From positions 21,838 to 85,837 of the forward strand of contig JAGVNU010000030.1 of the NCBI GenBank assembly GCA_020053105.1: DNA of 64,000 nt, given 5' to 3'. Numbering within the stretch: position 1 is the stretch's first letter; every line of letters begins with the position of its first letter. The position numbers and the translations under genes were made by a program. Shown in pieces: positions 18,813 through 29,174 of this stretch. Origin of the DNA: Thermodesulfovibrionia bacterium (GTDB lineage Bacteria > Nitrospirota > Thermodesulfovibrionia > UBA6902). The notes beneath the pieces were generated by a model. It searched no databases. It was not told the DNA's origin and saw only the letters and a list, made by a program, of their open reading frames with translations.

Positions 18813-20448
18813 CCGGCTTCTTGGAAGAGCCGGCTACTTTTTCATACAGGTTCAATAACTTCTGATATTTATCATAAGAAGGATCTATACTTTTAATCCG
18901 GTCAAGATACTGTGATGCCGTATAAAGGTACTTTTCGTTCGTCCCGCTCTTCTGCATATACATCATCAATGCCTGTGCGGCATTAGCATTGATGATCTTG
19001 CTCTCAGGAAGGCCCTTTGCTGCCTTTTCAAAATATTCGATGGCATCTTCAAGTTTGCCTTCCTCGATAAGACTCACCCCCTCATTGTTCAGTTTTATGA
19101 CTTCGTTCTTGGTTGTAGTTATGACCTTTGCCCCTTCTTCCTCTAGCTGAGAGTCCTTAAATACACCCTGCACCATAGCGAGGACCTTGTCATTGTCGTG
19201 ATTGTTCCTCACGATATTCTGCATGAACTGCATACCCTTTTCTTTTTCACCCAAATCAAAGCAGACCCTGGCAAGGTCCATGGTTGCCTCCATCGGGACC
19301 TTGCCCGACAGTTTTTCGAGAAGCCTCGTGGCCTCCTGAATTGTCTTCCTGGCATCTTCTTTCCGGTTCATTCCCTTATAAACAATCCCTTCCATAGAGA
19401 CGGTCTGAAACATGGCTTCAATGTTTCCCTTGAACTCATTACGTGCGCTGTTAAGGACCTGGAGCGCCTCATCCGGGGAGTCCTTTTTTATCATGGTTTT
19501 TGCCAGGCCGGTGTAATAAGACGGACTTTTGAAACATGAATGTTTCCCTATGGCAATAGCCGATTTAAAGGCCTCTTCCGCTGCGTCATAATCGCCGATT
19601 TTACCGGAAATGTCCCCTATTGTCTGGTGACGCAATATGGCTTTAGGCGATATCCCGATAGCTGTCAAAAGCACCTTCTGCGCCTCGTCCAGCGCCTCCA
19701 GTTCCTGAAGAGCCTTTGCCAGCCAGTCGTATGCCTCCATATAAGTTTTGTTGTCATCTAAAACCGACTTGAACATGTCCTTTGCCTTCAGATATTCCCC
19801 TTTATGGAAATGCACCTTTCCCATTCCCATTTTGGCCCATGAGATTTCCCTCATGGAAAGCACTTTCTCAAAAACGGCCGCAGCTTCATCATAGCGCCCG
19901 ATAGTGATACAGAGATCGCCTTTCAACCTCAGATACTCAAGCATATACCTCGGAATATTTATTGCGCGCTCATCGCAGAGTGTAATTGCACGTAAATATT
20001 CCTTATTGCGGACTGCGGTTTCAATGTCCTCAAAATCGGTTTTTCTCTTTAAGATTTTCTCCAGTCTCATTGTTACCATTTCTTTAGAAATCGGCTTAAT
20101 CAGATAGTCATCGGGCTGATATTCAACAGCTCCCATGACCATAGGCATGGTGTTTTCAGCCGTCAGCATTACAAAGATGCTGGAATACCGGATCAGGCCC
20201 CGGTGCTTGGCCTCTTCCAGTATCTGCTGGCCGTCTTTTTTGTCATGTCCGAGATTGTAATCGCACATAACAATATCGTATGCCTTGCTCTCCATCTTCT
20301 GGATCGCACTGTCACCACTGTAGGCATCGTCAATATCCTTTGCGCCTAATGATTCGAGCATCCTTACCATGAGCCGCCTGAAACTGGAGAAGTCATCAAC
20401 GATCAGGATTTTCTTATGTTTATAGTCAATTGCCATTTGTTGATTCAA
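18805..20448 (-). CDS. Response regulator with TPR output
   Basis: IVDD...CDYNL...LTAE...IKP receiver followed by multiple TPR-like helical repeats. Confidence 0.88.
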   Translation of the reverse strand: MNQQMAIDYKHKKILIVDDFSSFRRLMVRMLESLGAKDIDDAYSGDSAIQKMESKAYDIVMCDYNLGHDKKDGQQILEEAKHRGLIRYSSIFVMLTAENTMPMVMGAVEYQPDDYLIKPISKEMVTMRLEKILKRKTDFEDIETAVRNKEYLRAITLCDERAINIPRYMLEYLRLKGDLCITIGRYDEAAAVFEKVLSMREISWAKMGMGKVHFHKGEYLKAKDMFKSVLDDNKTYMEAYDWLAKALQELEALDEAQKVLLTAIGISPKAILRHQTIGDISGKIGDYDAAEEAFKSAIAIGKHSCFKSPSYYTGLAKTMIKKDSPDEALQVLNSARNEFKGNIEAMFQTVSMEGIVYKGMNRKEDARKTIQEATRLLEKLSGKVPMEATMDLARVCFDLGEKEKGMQFMQNIVRNNHDNDKVLAMVQGVFKDSQLEEEGAKVITTTKNEVIKLNNEGVSLIEEGKLEDAIEYFEKAAKGLPESKIINANAAQALMMYMQKSGTNEKYLYTASQYLDRIKSIDPSYDKYQKLLNLYEKVAGSSKKPDA

Positions 20449-22241
20449 ACCTGTTTCCCGAGTGCGTCAATGAATCCCTGAAACTGTTTTTTAAGTCTCT
20501 CCGGCATACGATTGCCGAATGTGGAGAAGTGTTTTTCGATATCAGGGACCTCCGCCTTCCAGGCCGTCAGGTCTATGCTCATCAGTTCTTTCATGTTATC
20601 AGTTGACAGATTAAGGCCGCTGAGATCAAGGTCTTTTTCGTTAGGCAATAACCCTATGGGGGTCTTTTGGGCCCCTACCCTGCCGTCTATGCGCTCGCAT
20701 ATCCATTTCAGCACACGGCTGTTGTCGCTGAATCCGGGCCATAAAAATTTGCCGTCCTGACTCTTTCTGAACCAGTTAACATAAAAAACCCTCGGCGCCC
20801 TGCTGCCCAGCCTGTCACCCATATCAAACCAATGCTGGAAATAGTCGCCCATGTTGTACCCGCAGAACGGCTTCATGGCAAACGGATCTCTCCTGAGATT
20901 GCCGACAGCCCCTATGTTGGCTGCTGTTGTCTCCGAGGCCGCGGTTGCGCCAAGGAAGACCCCGTGGTCCCAGTCAAAGGCCTCATACACCAACGGCACT
21001 ACATCAGTGCGGCGGCCGCCGAATATGAAGATATCAATAGGCACGCCCTCGGGCTTCTCCCAGTCTTTACATATTACCGGACACTGGGACGCTGGAGCTG
21101 TAAAGCGCGCATTTGCATGGGCGGCGTCAGTGGAACTCTGAGGCGTCCAGTCCTTCCCCTTCCAGTCAATCACATGCGCAGGCTCGTCGCCGTCCATGCC
21201 TTCCCACCATACATCTCCATCATCGGTAAGGGCGCAATTTGTAAAAATAACATTTTCCTTCAATGTGTCCATTGCCATCGGGTTCGTGCTGTATGATGTC
21301 CCTGGGGCCACTCCAAAAAACCCGTTTTCAGGATTGATGGCATGAAGACGTCCGTCAGGCCCAACATTCATCCAGGCAATGTCATCTCCGATACATTCGC
21401 ATTTCCAGCCGGCAATTGAAGGCTGCATCATTGCCAGATTGGTCTTTCCGCAGGCAGAGGGAAAGGCGGCCGCAATATGATACTGTTTCCCTTCAGGGTT
21501 GGTGAGACGGAGAATCAGCATATGCTCCGCCATCCATCCTTCGCGTTTTGCCATGGCTGACGCAATACGAAGGGCCAGGCACTTCTTCCCAAGCAGGGCG
21601 TTGCCGCCGTAGCCTGATCCATATGACCAGATCAGGTTCTCTTCGGGGAAATGACTGATATATTTTTTCTCAATCGGCGCACACGGCCATTTGGTGTCTT
21701 TCTGCCCCGGCGCAAGAGGAGCGCCGACTGAATGGAGACAGGGAATAAAGTCGCCGTATGCGCCCAGCAGTTCCAGCACCTGTGAACTGACACGGGTCAT
21801 AATATGCATATTCACAACTACATAAGGACTGTCGGAGATTTCAATTCCGATTTTTGAAATAGGAGAGCCGATGGGTCCCATTGAAAAAGGTATCACATAC
21901 ATCGTGCGGCCCTTCATGCATCCCCTGTAAAGATCCAGCATGGTCTTTTTTAAATCACTTGGGGCAATCCAGTTGTTCGTAGGTCCGGCATCTTCCCTTG
22001 AAGCAGTGCTGATATAAGTATTGTCTTCGACCCGGGCCACATCGCTTGGATCGGACCTGAATAAAAAACTGTTCGGACGTTTCTTGAGCGGTATCGCTAT
22101 CCCGCTTTTAATGAGTTTGTCCATCATGAGCCTGTATTCATCTTTAGAGCCGCTGCATACATAAATATCATCAGGGGCACATAGGTCCGCCACTTCCCTG
22201 ATCCATCTGTTGAGCTTTTCATTCTTAACGGTAACGCTCAT
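20445..22241 (-). CDS. pckG: Phosphoenolpyruvate carboxykinase (GTP)
   Basis: [40 protein letters not shown]. Confidence 0.97.
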   Translation of the reverse strand: MSVTVKNEKLNRWIREVADLCAPDDIYVCSGSKDEYRLMMDKLIKSGIAIPLKKRPNSFLFRSDPSDVARVEDNTYISTASREDAGPTNNWIAPSDLKKTMLDLYRGCMKGRTMYVIPFSMGPIGSPISKIGIEISDSPYVVVNMHIMTRVSSQVLELLGAYGDFIPCLHSVGAPLAPGQKDTKWPCAPIEKKYISHFPEENLIWSYGSGYGGNALLGKKCLALRIASAMAKREGWMAEHMLILRLTNPEGKQYHIAAAFPSACGKTNLAMMQPSIAGWKCECIGDDIAWMNVGPDGRLHAINPENGFFGVAPGTSYSTNPMAMDTLKENVIFTNCALTDDGDVWWEGMDGDEPAHVIDWKGKDWTPQSSTDAAHANARFTAPASQCPVICKDWEKPEGVPIDIFIFGGRRTDVVPLVYEAFDWDHGVFLGATAASETTAANIGAVGNLRRDPFAMKPFCGYNMGDYFQHWFDMGDRLGSRAPRVFYVNWFRKSQDGKFLWPGFSDNSRVLKWICERIDGRVGAQKTPIGLLPNEKDLDLSGLNLSTDNMKELMSIDLTAWKAEVPDIEKHFSTFGNRMPERLKKQFQGFIDALGKQV

Positions 22242-22447
22242 ATATTTCTCTCCTTGTATTTCTCCTTTTTTCTTTCATTCGTACTCTTGAATTCCACGGG
22301 GAAAACGAAGAAATCGTACTGACCTGGCTGCCGGGCATCTGTCTCTACGGTCAATTATACATATTGTCACTCTATTATTTCCATGATAGTAATTCTATGG
22401 TAGAGGCAATGAATTAATTGCCCGCTTTAGGTTACAATACTACCGCT

Positions 22448-23116
22448 ATGACGATGGATTTCCCGGACATGATAAGACAACTGGTAGTATCCGCACTCCC
22501 GATACTTATTGCAATTACATTCCATGAGGTGTCTCATGGTTACATAGCTTACAGGCTTGGCGACCCCACCGCGAAGTTAATGGGAAGACTCACGCTTAAT
22601 CCACTTGCTCACATCGACCTTATAGGCACTATAATTCTGCCCGGCATTCTTCTGATCACAGGCGCCCCTGTCTTCGGATACGCAAAGCCTGTCCCGATTA
22701 ACCCTGCCAACTTCAGAGATCCAAAAAGAGATATGGCCATATCTGCAGCGGCCGGGCCTATAACAAACGCGTGTCTCGCTATTTTAAGCCTGCTGATCTT
22801 AAAGTTCCTGATAATCCCATCGGCGTCTTTATTGCCAGGGAGCCTGGGCCACGCAGTCCTTACGCCGTTAACAATGATGTTCACCCAAAGCATCATAATA
22901 AACGTTGTCCTTGCTTCGTTCAACCTGCTGCCCATTCCTCCTCTTGACGGAGGCAGGGTGCTTGTCGGGCTTTTGCCTCACAGGCAGGCTGTTGCATATA
23001 GCAGGATTGAGCCATACGGTTTTTTTATTGTAATCCTTCTTCTGATGACGGGGATCGCAAATTTTTTTGTTACTCCTCTTATCAATATATTTTTGGCGTT
23101 TCTCAGTCTGTTCTGA
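22448..23116 (+). CDS. Site-2 protease (M50) family
   Basis: HEVSH, AAGP, FNLLPIPPLDG; ATG start chosen over upstream TTG 22418. Confidence 0.92.
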   Translation: MTMDFPDMIRQLVVSALPILIAITFHEVSHGYIAYRLGDPTAKLMGRLTLNPLAHIDLIGTIILPGILLITGAPVFGYAKPVPINPANFRDPKRDMAISAAAGPITNACLAILSLLILKFLIIPSASLLPGSLGHAVLTPLTMMFTQSIIINVVLASFNLLPIPPLDGGRVLVGLLPHRQAVAYSRIEPYGFFIVILLLMTGIANFFVTPLINIFLAFLSLF

Positions 23117-23134
23117 GAGAAAGGGGTTTATTAG

Positions 23135-24130
23135 TTGGCAAAACAGAGAGTCCTCAGCGGAATTCAGCCCAGCGGCAGATTGCATATAGGCAATCTCGTG
23201 GGCGCCCTGCAAAACTGGGTGAAATTGCAGGACAAATATGAATGCTTTTATTTTATCGCGGACTGGCATGCGCTCACATCTCAATATGCGGACACATCAC
23301 AGTTAAAAGATAATATCAAAGATGTGCTGGTTAATTGCCTCGCTGCGGGGCTTGATCCGGAAAGGGCAACCATCTTTGCACAGTCCCGAGTTGTTGAACA
23401 CGCCGAACTTCATGTGCTGCTGTCAATGGTCACTCCGTTGGCCTGGCTTGAACGGGTTCCTACATATAAAGAAAAACAGACAGAGGTCAAGGACAAAGAC
23501 CTTAACACTTACGGCTTCCTCGGCTACCCGCTGCTTCAGTCGGCAGACATATTGATTTACCGTGCGAATTATGTGCCGGTAGGCGTTGACCAGATGCCTC
23601 ACCTTGAGATTACACGGGAGATAGGCAGACGGTTTAATAATTTGTACGGGGAGGTTTTCCCTGAGCCTGAGGGGTTGCTGACTGAATTCCCCAAGGTTGT
23701 CGGGACTGACGGCAGAAAGATGAGCAAGACGTACGGCAACTGCATTTACCTTTCTGATTCGCCAAAAGAAGTTGAGCAGAAGGTAAGAACAATGACAACC
23801 GATCCCCACAGGATCAAGCGAACCGACAAAGGCGATCCGGAACTTTCTCCTGTCTATCATCTCCACAAAATATTTTCTTCAAAAGAAGAGCAGCAACAGG
23901 TCTCCGACGGATGCCGCACAGCCGGGATAGGATGCATTGACTGCAAAAAGGTCCTGATAAAAAATCTCTTATCAGTGATGGAGCCGATTTGGGAAAAGCG
24001 AAATCACTTCCTTGGGCAGCCGGACCTTCTTGAAGACATATTGGCATCAGGTTCTGAAAAGGCAAGACACGCGGCAAAAGATACTATGCTTAATGTCAGA
24101 AAAGCAATCGGACTTGGCAGTATATCGTAA
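23135..24130 (+). CDS. trpS: Tryptophan-tRNA ligase
   Basis: HIGN, YPLLQSAD, VGVDQ, KMSKT. Confidence 0.97.
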   Translation: MAKQRVLSGIQPSGRLHIGNLVGALQNWVKLQDKYECFYFIADWHALTSQYADTSQLKDNIKDVLVNCLAAGLDPERATIFAQSRVVEHAELHVLLSMVTPLAWLERVPTYKEKQTEVKDKDLNTYGFLGYPLLQSADILIYRANYVPVGVDQMPHLEITREIGRRFNNLYGEVFPEPEGLLTEFPKVVGTDGRKMSKTYGNCIYLSDSPKEVEQKVRTMTTDPHRIKRTDKGDPELSPVYHLHKIFSSKEEQQQVSDGCRTAGIGCIDCKKVLIKNLLSVMEPIWEKRNHFLGQPDLLEDILASGSEKARHAAKDTMLNVRKAIGLGSIS

Positions 24131-24143
24131 TCATTTTTTTGGA

Positions 24144-25028
24144 TCAAGCCTGCCGCTTGAATAATTTAATACCTGTGCGGAAAGCCTCCAACGATTCCAA
24201 AGAAGACGCGATTCTCCAGTCACATTCCTTGTAGACATCAAACCAGATCAGCGCCTGAATGCGTGGGAATTTTGTCTCAATGACATGTAATGCTTCATTT
24301 ATCCAAAGCCCTTTGTTTCCACCTGCCCCCGTGCTGGCCATCTCCCCTATCATAATCGGGCAACGGCTGAGAGCAGTCAGCGTATTGTAGGCATCTGAAA
24401 AAATCTCTTCAAAACTCTGCCATTCCGACCACTCCCTTTCACCTCCCCAGTTATATCCGTCCATTGCCACCCAATCAACAACGTCATCTCCTGGAAAATA
24501 GTCTTCCATCCTGTTAACAGGTGTCGGCGGATATGAACGTGCATATGGACTCCATACCCATTGAATCCTGAAAGAGGCTTCCCTGTTGACGAGATTTCGA
24601 ATATGGTCCCATGCAGCGATAAAATCACCGGGAGAATTGCCATTCACTGTACCGCACCACGGATACCAGTTCCCGTTCATTTCATGCATTACCCTCAGAA
24701 ACACAGTACGGGGGAATGATGAAAGCTCTCCGGCAAAAGACCGGATATAATCATCGTATCGGCCTGCAATGATATTTTTCAATGCAAAATCGGGTTGGTC
24801 GCAAGCCCTCTCCTCACGCTCCGGAAGCATCCAGGGTTCCCATGTCAGAAATACATCACGTGTCGATGATTTAAGGCGGTCAAGCCAGGGAAGATCGTCC
24901 TTAATGGAACACCGGTTCCAGGCCCTGAATACAGAAACAATATCTATTGCCGTCCCATAGGCGTCTTCAATAGATGCAAGTTCAGATTCATCAAGGGGCT
25001 CATGAAGACGGTAAATTCCGAACTTCAT
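24144..25028 (-). CDS. Glycoside hydrolase family 26
   Basis: TWEPW, RVMHEMNGNWYPW (acid/base), YFPGDDVVDW, DGYN, IGE nucleophile; no obvious signal peptide. Confidence 0.85.
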   Translation of the reverse strand: MKFGIYRLHEPLDESELASIEDAYGTAIDIVSVFRAWNRCSIKDDLPWLDRLKSSTRDVFLTWEPWMLPEREERACDQPDFALKNIIAGRYDDYIRSFAGELSSFPRTVFLRVMHEMNGNWYPWCGTVNGNSPGDFIAAWDHIRNLVNREASFRIQWVWSPYARSYPPTPVNRMEDYFPGDDVVDWVAMDGYNWGGEREWSEWQSFEEIFSDAYNTLTALSRCPIMIGEMASTGAGGNKGLWINEALHVIETKFPRIQALIWFDVYKECDWRIASSLESLEAFRTGIKLFKRQA

Positions 25029-26563
25029 CGCATAAGACGTTTTGGATAAAGGCTCAGCTCAACAAAACGCCAGAGGATAGCAACGGTCCAGCAGGCCCAG
25101 AACACATTGATAACAAGGAACCAGCGATCGTTCCTGATCGTTACAATCCCATATACCACCGCAGCCACGGACAAAAGAATAAACAATACGTGCGGAAGGC
25201 ATTTTGATATACGCGTGCCGATCTTGTAGTGCCCGCTGCTTTTATTAGTGACCGTGTATTCAGGGAGACTGCTCCTGCTGAACAATGCCGTAAAAAAAGC
25301 GCTGAAATATACATGAAAGAGTCCGGCCTGGGCCTGGAACCTTTTAAAGGTATGCAAATTATAAGTTGTAATCTTGTTGGAGAACAAATAAAGTAAAAAG
25401 TAAGGCGTTCTTGCAATAACATAATGCCAGAACGGCTCCCGTAACATGAAATGGTGGGTAAAGAGCGCCCAAATCGGAATAATAAAGAATATGGGCAGGA
25501 AAATACCAAACGCCACATAGTGAAACCCATTGTGGAAATATTGCAGCCGCTGATAAAAATCAAGCCCCTTCTTAAAAAGTGGATTGTCCCACAATATTGA
25601 ACGTATTGAATCAACAGCCCATTGCCACCGCTGCTTTGTATGGCTGACCACTTCTTGAGGAGCGGTCCCTTCTGTATAGCTTTCATCATGGTATACAGAT
25701 CTCCAGCCATTACTGTGGAGCAGCATTGAGGTGTACACGTCCTCAACCATGTTCCATGTTGAAAATCCCCCGACAGATTCAAGCGCGGACCTTCTGTACA
25801 TGACCCCGCTGCCGCAGGAAAACGCCGCGTTGTCATAGTCCTTCCCGGACATCATAACTCCGTAAAACACATCGTCTGCATTGCTCCATGGATCGCCCTG
25901 GGGGAGTTTAAAAACCTGTTTGGTCTGGACAAAGCCTATTTTCGGAAGACTGAAATATCCGATGATGCGGTCAATGATCTCAGGACGCGCAACCTGGTCC
26001 GCGTCAAGGGCCAGAATAAGCTCACCGCCGGTAAGTTTCAACCCGTAGTTCAGATTTCCTGCTTTTCGGTCTTCATGGGTCAGCCTTCGGATGTACTGAA
26101 CGGAGTACCGTTCACATAGTGATTGAACTGTATCATCCTCACCGTCATCCAGCACATAGATTTTTTTATTGTCATAATTAATGAATGACGCAGCAGACAG
26201 TGTTTTCTCGATGATCTCAACCGGCTCTTTGTTGACAGGAATTAAAATATCCACGCTGAAGTTCTGTTTTTCAAGCGGCGGCCCTTCCGGCCGGTGATGC
26301 CGTTTGGCCCACAGCACATTTCCCCACAGGAGAAAGAGCAGGAGGAATACGGACTCTGTCACAAGAAAAGGGACAACTATATACCAGTATTGCCATTGCG
26401 CATTCACATAACACCAGCCAAGGTAGAATGCGGCAGCAAGGGTAACGGCAATGGAAAAAAGCTGCCCTGAAATCCTGTTTTTCCTGCGTTCCTTCTCGCC
26501 GTACCTCTGGTAAGTTCCTTTACCGCGAAGATCATTTATCCAACTTTTGATATTATTTTTCAT
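25025..26563 (-). CDS. Processive GT2 polysaccharide synthase (BcsA-like, no PilZ)
   Basis: N- and C-terminal TMs; LDDG, KAGNLN, LDAD, QTKQ, FSCGSG, VED, QRWQW. Confidence 0.87.
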   Translation of the reverse strand: MKNNIKSWINDLRGKGTYQRYGEKERRKNRISGQLFSIAVTLAAAFYLGWCYVNAQWQYWYIVVPFLVTESVFLLLFLLWGNVLWAKRHHRPEGPPLEKQNFSVDILIPVNKEPVEIIEKTLSAASFINYDNKKIYVLDDGEDDTVQSLCERYSVQYIRRLTHEDRKAGNLNYGLKLTGGELILALDADQVARPEIIDRIIGYFSLPKIGFVQTKQVFKLPQGDPWSNADDVFYGVMMSGKDYDNAAFSCGSGVMYRRSALESVGGFSTWNMVEDVYTSMLLHSNGWRSVYHDESYTEGTAPQEVVSHTKQRWQWAVDSIRSILWDNPLFKKGLDFYQRLQYFHNGFHYVAFGIFLPIFFIIPIWALFTHHFMLREPFWHYVIARTPYFLLYLFSNKITTYNLHTFKRFQAQAGLFHVYFSAFFTALFSRSSLPEYTVTNKSSGHYKIGTRISKCLPHVLFILLSVAAVVYGIVTIRNDRWFLVINVFWACWTVAILWRFVELSLYPKRLMR

Positions 26564-26571
26564 AAGAAGTG

Positions 26572-27639
26572 TTAAAACCTGTGTTGAAAGGCAAGAGTAT
26601 AATTTATTGCCCAATAGCGGTCGGTCTCTCCCTGCCTGTCAATACCCTCGTTCTGATCAAACCATCTTACATCAAACCGCAGGGACGATTGTTCCGTGAA
26701 TTTGTAAGACGTGGAAAGGAAGGCGGCCTTTGACAGCCCGTCGCTTTTGGGAGAATATGAAAGGGCGCCCTCTGCGCCAAATGAGAGATGCTCCCGGTAA
26801 TCCTGACGATACTCAAGCCGAAGGGTATGCGTCTCAAAATTCACAGGGTCCCAGTAGGCGGACTCGACATGATCTCCGCTTCTCGTGAGAGGCGACGGGT
26901 CATTAATATCAAGATAAAAGTAATTGTAAGCTGTCCTTATATACGGAGCGTCAAGCACCTGATAACCTGCTTCGAACATGAAACTTTTTTTCTCATTGCT
27001 GTCTGAATAGTCACCATATATAATTTCTCCTGCAAATGAGACCTTCGGGACAGGGGCATATAAAAGATAAAACTTATAGTCGTCACTTTTAATGTCAAGA
27101 TCAACCGGGCCGATGGTCACCACATAGCTGTAAATGATATTATTAAACGGCAGCACGGTGTCAATAATATCAAAGTGCCTGAAACTCAATTCAGTAAACA
27201 CGTTAGCTGATGGCTGATAGCGTATGCTCGCCCCGCCATTCAGGTTTGAATTGTCATTATCATAATAATTTTCAGACAAGCGGGCCAATACGCTTGTGCT
27301 TTCCGAAATCCTCTTTTCTCCCTTAATAAACAGACTGTGTCTCAAGATATCGTCAAAGCCATCCTGAGAAAATTCCGAAAGGACATAGCCGGCCTCAAGA
27401 TATAAATCCGTCCCAGGGGAAACACCAAACTCAACTCCTGCGCTTTTCCGCGTAAAATCAGATGAGTTGGTAAAGTATTCTGACAGGAGTCTCATTGATG
27501 GAGCAGTGAAAAAGGGAAAAGAGTCATTCTGCTCTTGTATTTGCGGCGCTGATATATCGCTGCCTTCAGCAGCAGGCGAGATTTCAGCTGTCATGCATAA
27601 TAATGCTGTCAGGAGTAAAATGATTGTATTCTGTCGCAT
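26572..27639 (-). CDS. Outer-membrane beta-barrel protein (putative polysaccharide export pore)
   Basis: Signal peptide, alternating beta-strand pattern, YWDP loop, terminal aromatic (LAFQHRF). Confidence 0.65.
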   Translation of the reverse strand: MRQNTIILLLTALLCMTAEISPAAEGSDISAPQIQEQNDSFPFFTAPSMRLLSEYFTNSSDFTRKSAGVEFGVSPGTDLYLEAGYVLSEFSQDGFDDILRHSLFIKGEKRISESTSVLARLSENYYDNDNSNLNGGASIRYQPSANVFTELSFRHFDIIDTVLPFNNIIYSYVVTIGPVDLDIKSDDYKFYLLYAPVPKVSFAGEIIYGDYSDSNEKKSFMFEAGYQVLDAPYIRTAYNYFYLDINDPSPLTRSGDHVESAYWDPVNFETHTLRLEYRQDYREHLSFGAEGALSYSPKSDGLSKAAFLSTSYKFTEQSSLRFDVRWFDQNEGIDRQGETDRYWAINYTLAFQHRF

Positions 27640-27720
27640 GTCTTCAGATATTTTGATTACTAATGATACAGGAATTTCTTCGTCGAGGCAAGCAATAAAC
27701 GGTATAATGAATTCAGATTT

Positions 27721-27756
27721 AAATACAAAAGGGGCGCCGGAAGAGGATTCCGGCGC
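27721..27756 (-). terminator. Intrinsic terminator after PEP-CTERM genes
   Basis: GCGCCGGAA/TTCCGGCGC stem followed on minus strand by CCCTTTTGTATTT. Confidence 0.6.
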
Positions 27757-27804
27757 ATAAAGATTTTTTCTATCGAAGGGACAGTTGCACGGCCCTTTTC
27801 ATCA

Positions 27805-28521
27805 TTAATAACATTTTTTTCTCTGATGCCAGACAACTAACAGAGTGGCCCCTGTTATAAACAATAATACTTGTCCCGGCTCCGGCACAACATTGACATT
27901 CAACTTCACACTGCCTGCATTGTCAACGGAATTATAGTCATTGATATAAAAATAAAGGTTGGTGTCTTCTTTTAAGGAAATGGTCATTCCATCCACGTTT
28001 GAACGGTAGTAATTTAATGCATTATCTTTGGTGTCGGTAATGTAGGAGCCTTCGCCGAACTTGAAGCTGTCTCCGTATGAAGCATACATTTGTACATAAG
28101 CATTCCAGTCATTATTTCCCCAGTGGTCAGTCAAGTTATAGGCTTCAGAATCAGGGGCCAGACTTATCTCATACAAACCCTTCTCTAAAAAAACGCTGGT
28201 CCAGATCGGACTTGACGGCTTATTAAACGGGTCCCCTCCGGATTCCAGCCACCAATTAAAATTCTGCCCCTTTAAATCCGTTACAAGTTCATCCAGATTG
28301 TTCCACTGAAGTGCTCCTGATCCATACCGCCACTGATAAGTATAAATGCCGCTATCTCTGTCCCTGACATAAAGATATGTACTCTCCAGGTTGTCTGCCC
28401 ACCATCCAGCATTTGCAATACCGTCAAGAGTCACAGTAGTGGTTGAAGCATGAGAGTATGAAAAGGAAATTACTACCTGCAGCATAATCGCAAACAAAAT
28501 ACTGATTAACCTTTGACGCAT
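27805..28521 (-). CDS. PEP-CTERM sorting-domain protein
   Basis: Signal peptide; C-terminal VVPEPGQVLLFITGATLLVVWHQRKK. Confidence 0.88.
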   Translation of the reverse strand: MRQRLISILFAIMLQVVISFSYSHASTTTVTLDGIANAGWWADNLESTYLYVRDRDSGIYTYQWRYGSGALQWNNLDELVTDLKGQNFNWWLESGGDPFNKPSSPIWTSVFLEKGLYEISLAPDSEAYNLTDHWGNNDWNAYVQMYASYGDSFKFGEGSYITDTKDNALNYYRSNVDGMTISLKEDTNLYFYINDYNSVDNAGSVKLNVNVVPEPGQVLLFITGATLLVVWHQRKKCY

Positions 28522-28611
28522 TTTTTAGTCTCCTAATATATATATTTCATTCATCTGAGACGGGTTGAATAAATAATTTCTCTGCTAATTTTCATATTAC
28601 CGAAACGAGTT

Positions 28612-29139
28612 TTATATTCTTCTTCTCACATACCTTCTGACTGCCAGTGTTGCGCCGCCGGCTAAAAACAGTATCGTGCTTACAGGCTCAGGCACAACCG
28701 TGGTCGTGCCGGAGAATGCGAATTTATTTCCCTGGGCGTTATTAAATTCAGCTGCAAAGTCACTGTCCCCTAATTGATGATCAATAATAAAGCTAAATCC
28801 GCCAAGGGAATTGCCGGCAGCAATATAATCATTCTGGTTTATGGACATTGTATTTACAAATGTGTTTGTATTTGTCCCGGTCCATACCGTGCCAAACCAC
28901 CCGTCGGGAAGCGGAGAACCTGTGGTCGTAGACAGGATATCGAAGTAAAAACGTACTTTATAAAGAGATTCACCTGCCGTGGATGTGTTATTAAAAATGT
29001 AATCATACTGATATGATCCGCTTCCTAAATTTGTCTCATTGTATAATATGCTTGCACTTGGAGATGCAAATGCCGTTGAAACAAACATTAGCATGCAAGC
29101 TAAAACCACTGTCGTCATTAAAAGATTTTTCAGTTTCAT
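28612..29139 (-). CDS. PEP-CTERM sorting-domain protein
   Basis: Signal peptide; C-terminal VVPEPVSTILFLAGGATLAVRRYVRRR. Confidence 0.9.
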   Translation of the reverse strand: MKLKNLLMTTVVLACMLMFVSTAFASPSASILYNETNLGSGSYQYDYIFNNTSTAGESLYKVRFYFDILSTTTGSPLPDGWFGTVWTGTNTNTFVNTMSINQNDYIAAGNSLGGFSFIIDHQLGDSDFAAEFNNAQGNKFAFSGTTTVVPEPVSTILFLAGGATLAVRRYVRRRI

Positions 29140-29174
29140 AACATTCTCCCTATATTTTTTATATTTTTAATTTA

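Noticed and set aside
16106-22241. tRNA-anchored genomic island
   Set aside because: No integrase, no duplicated tRNA 3' end seen, and no obvious compositional shift.
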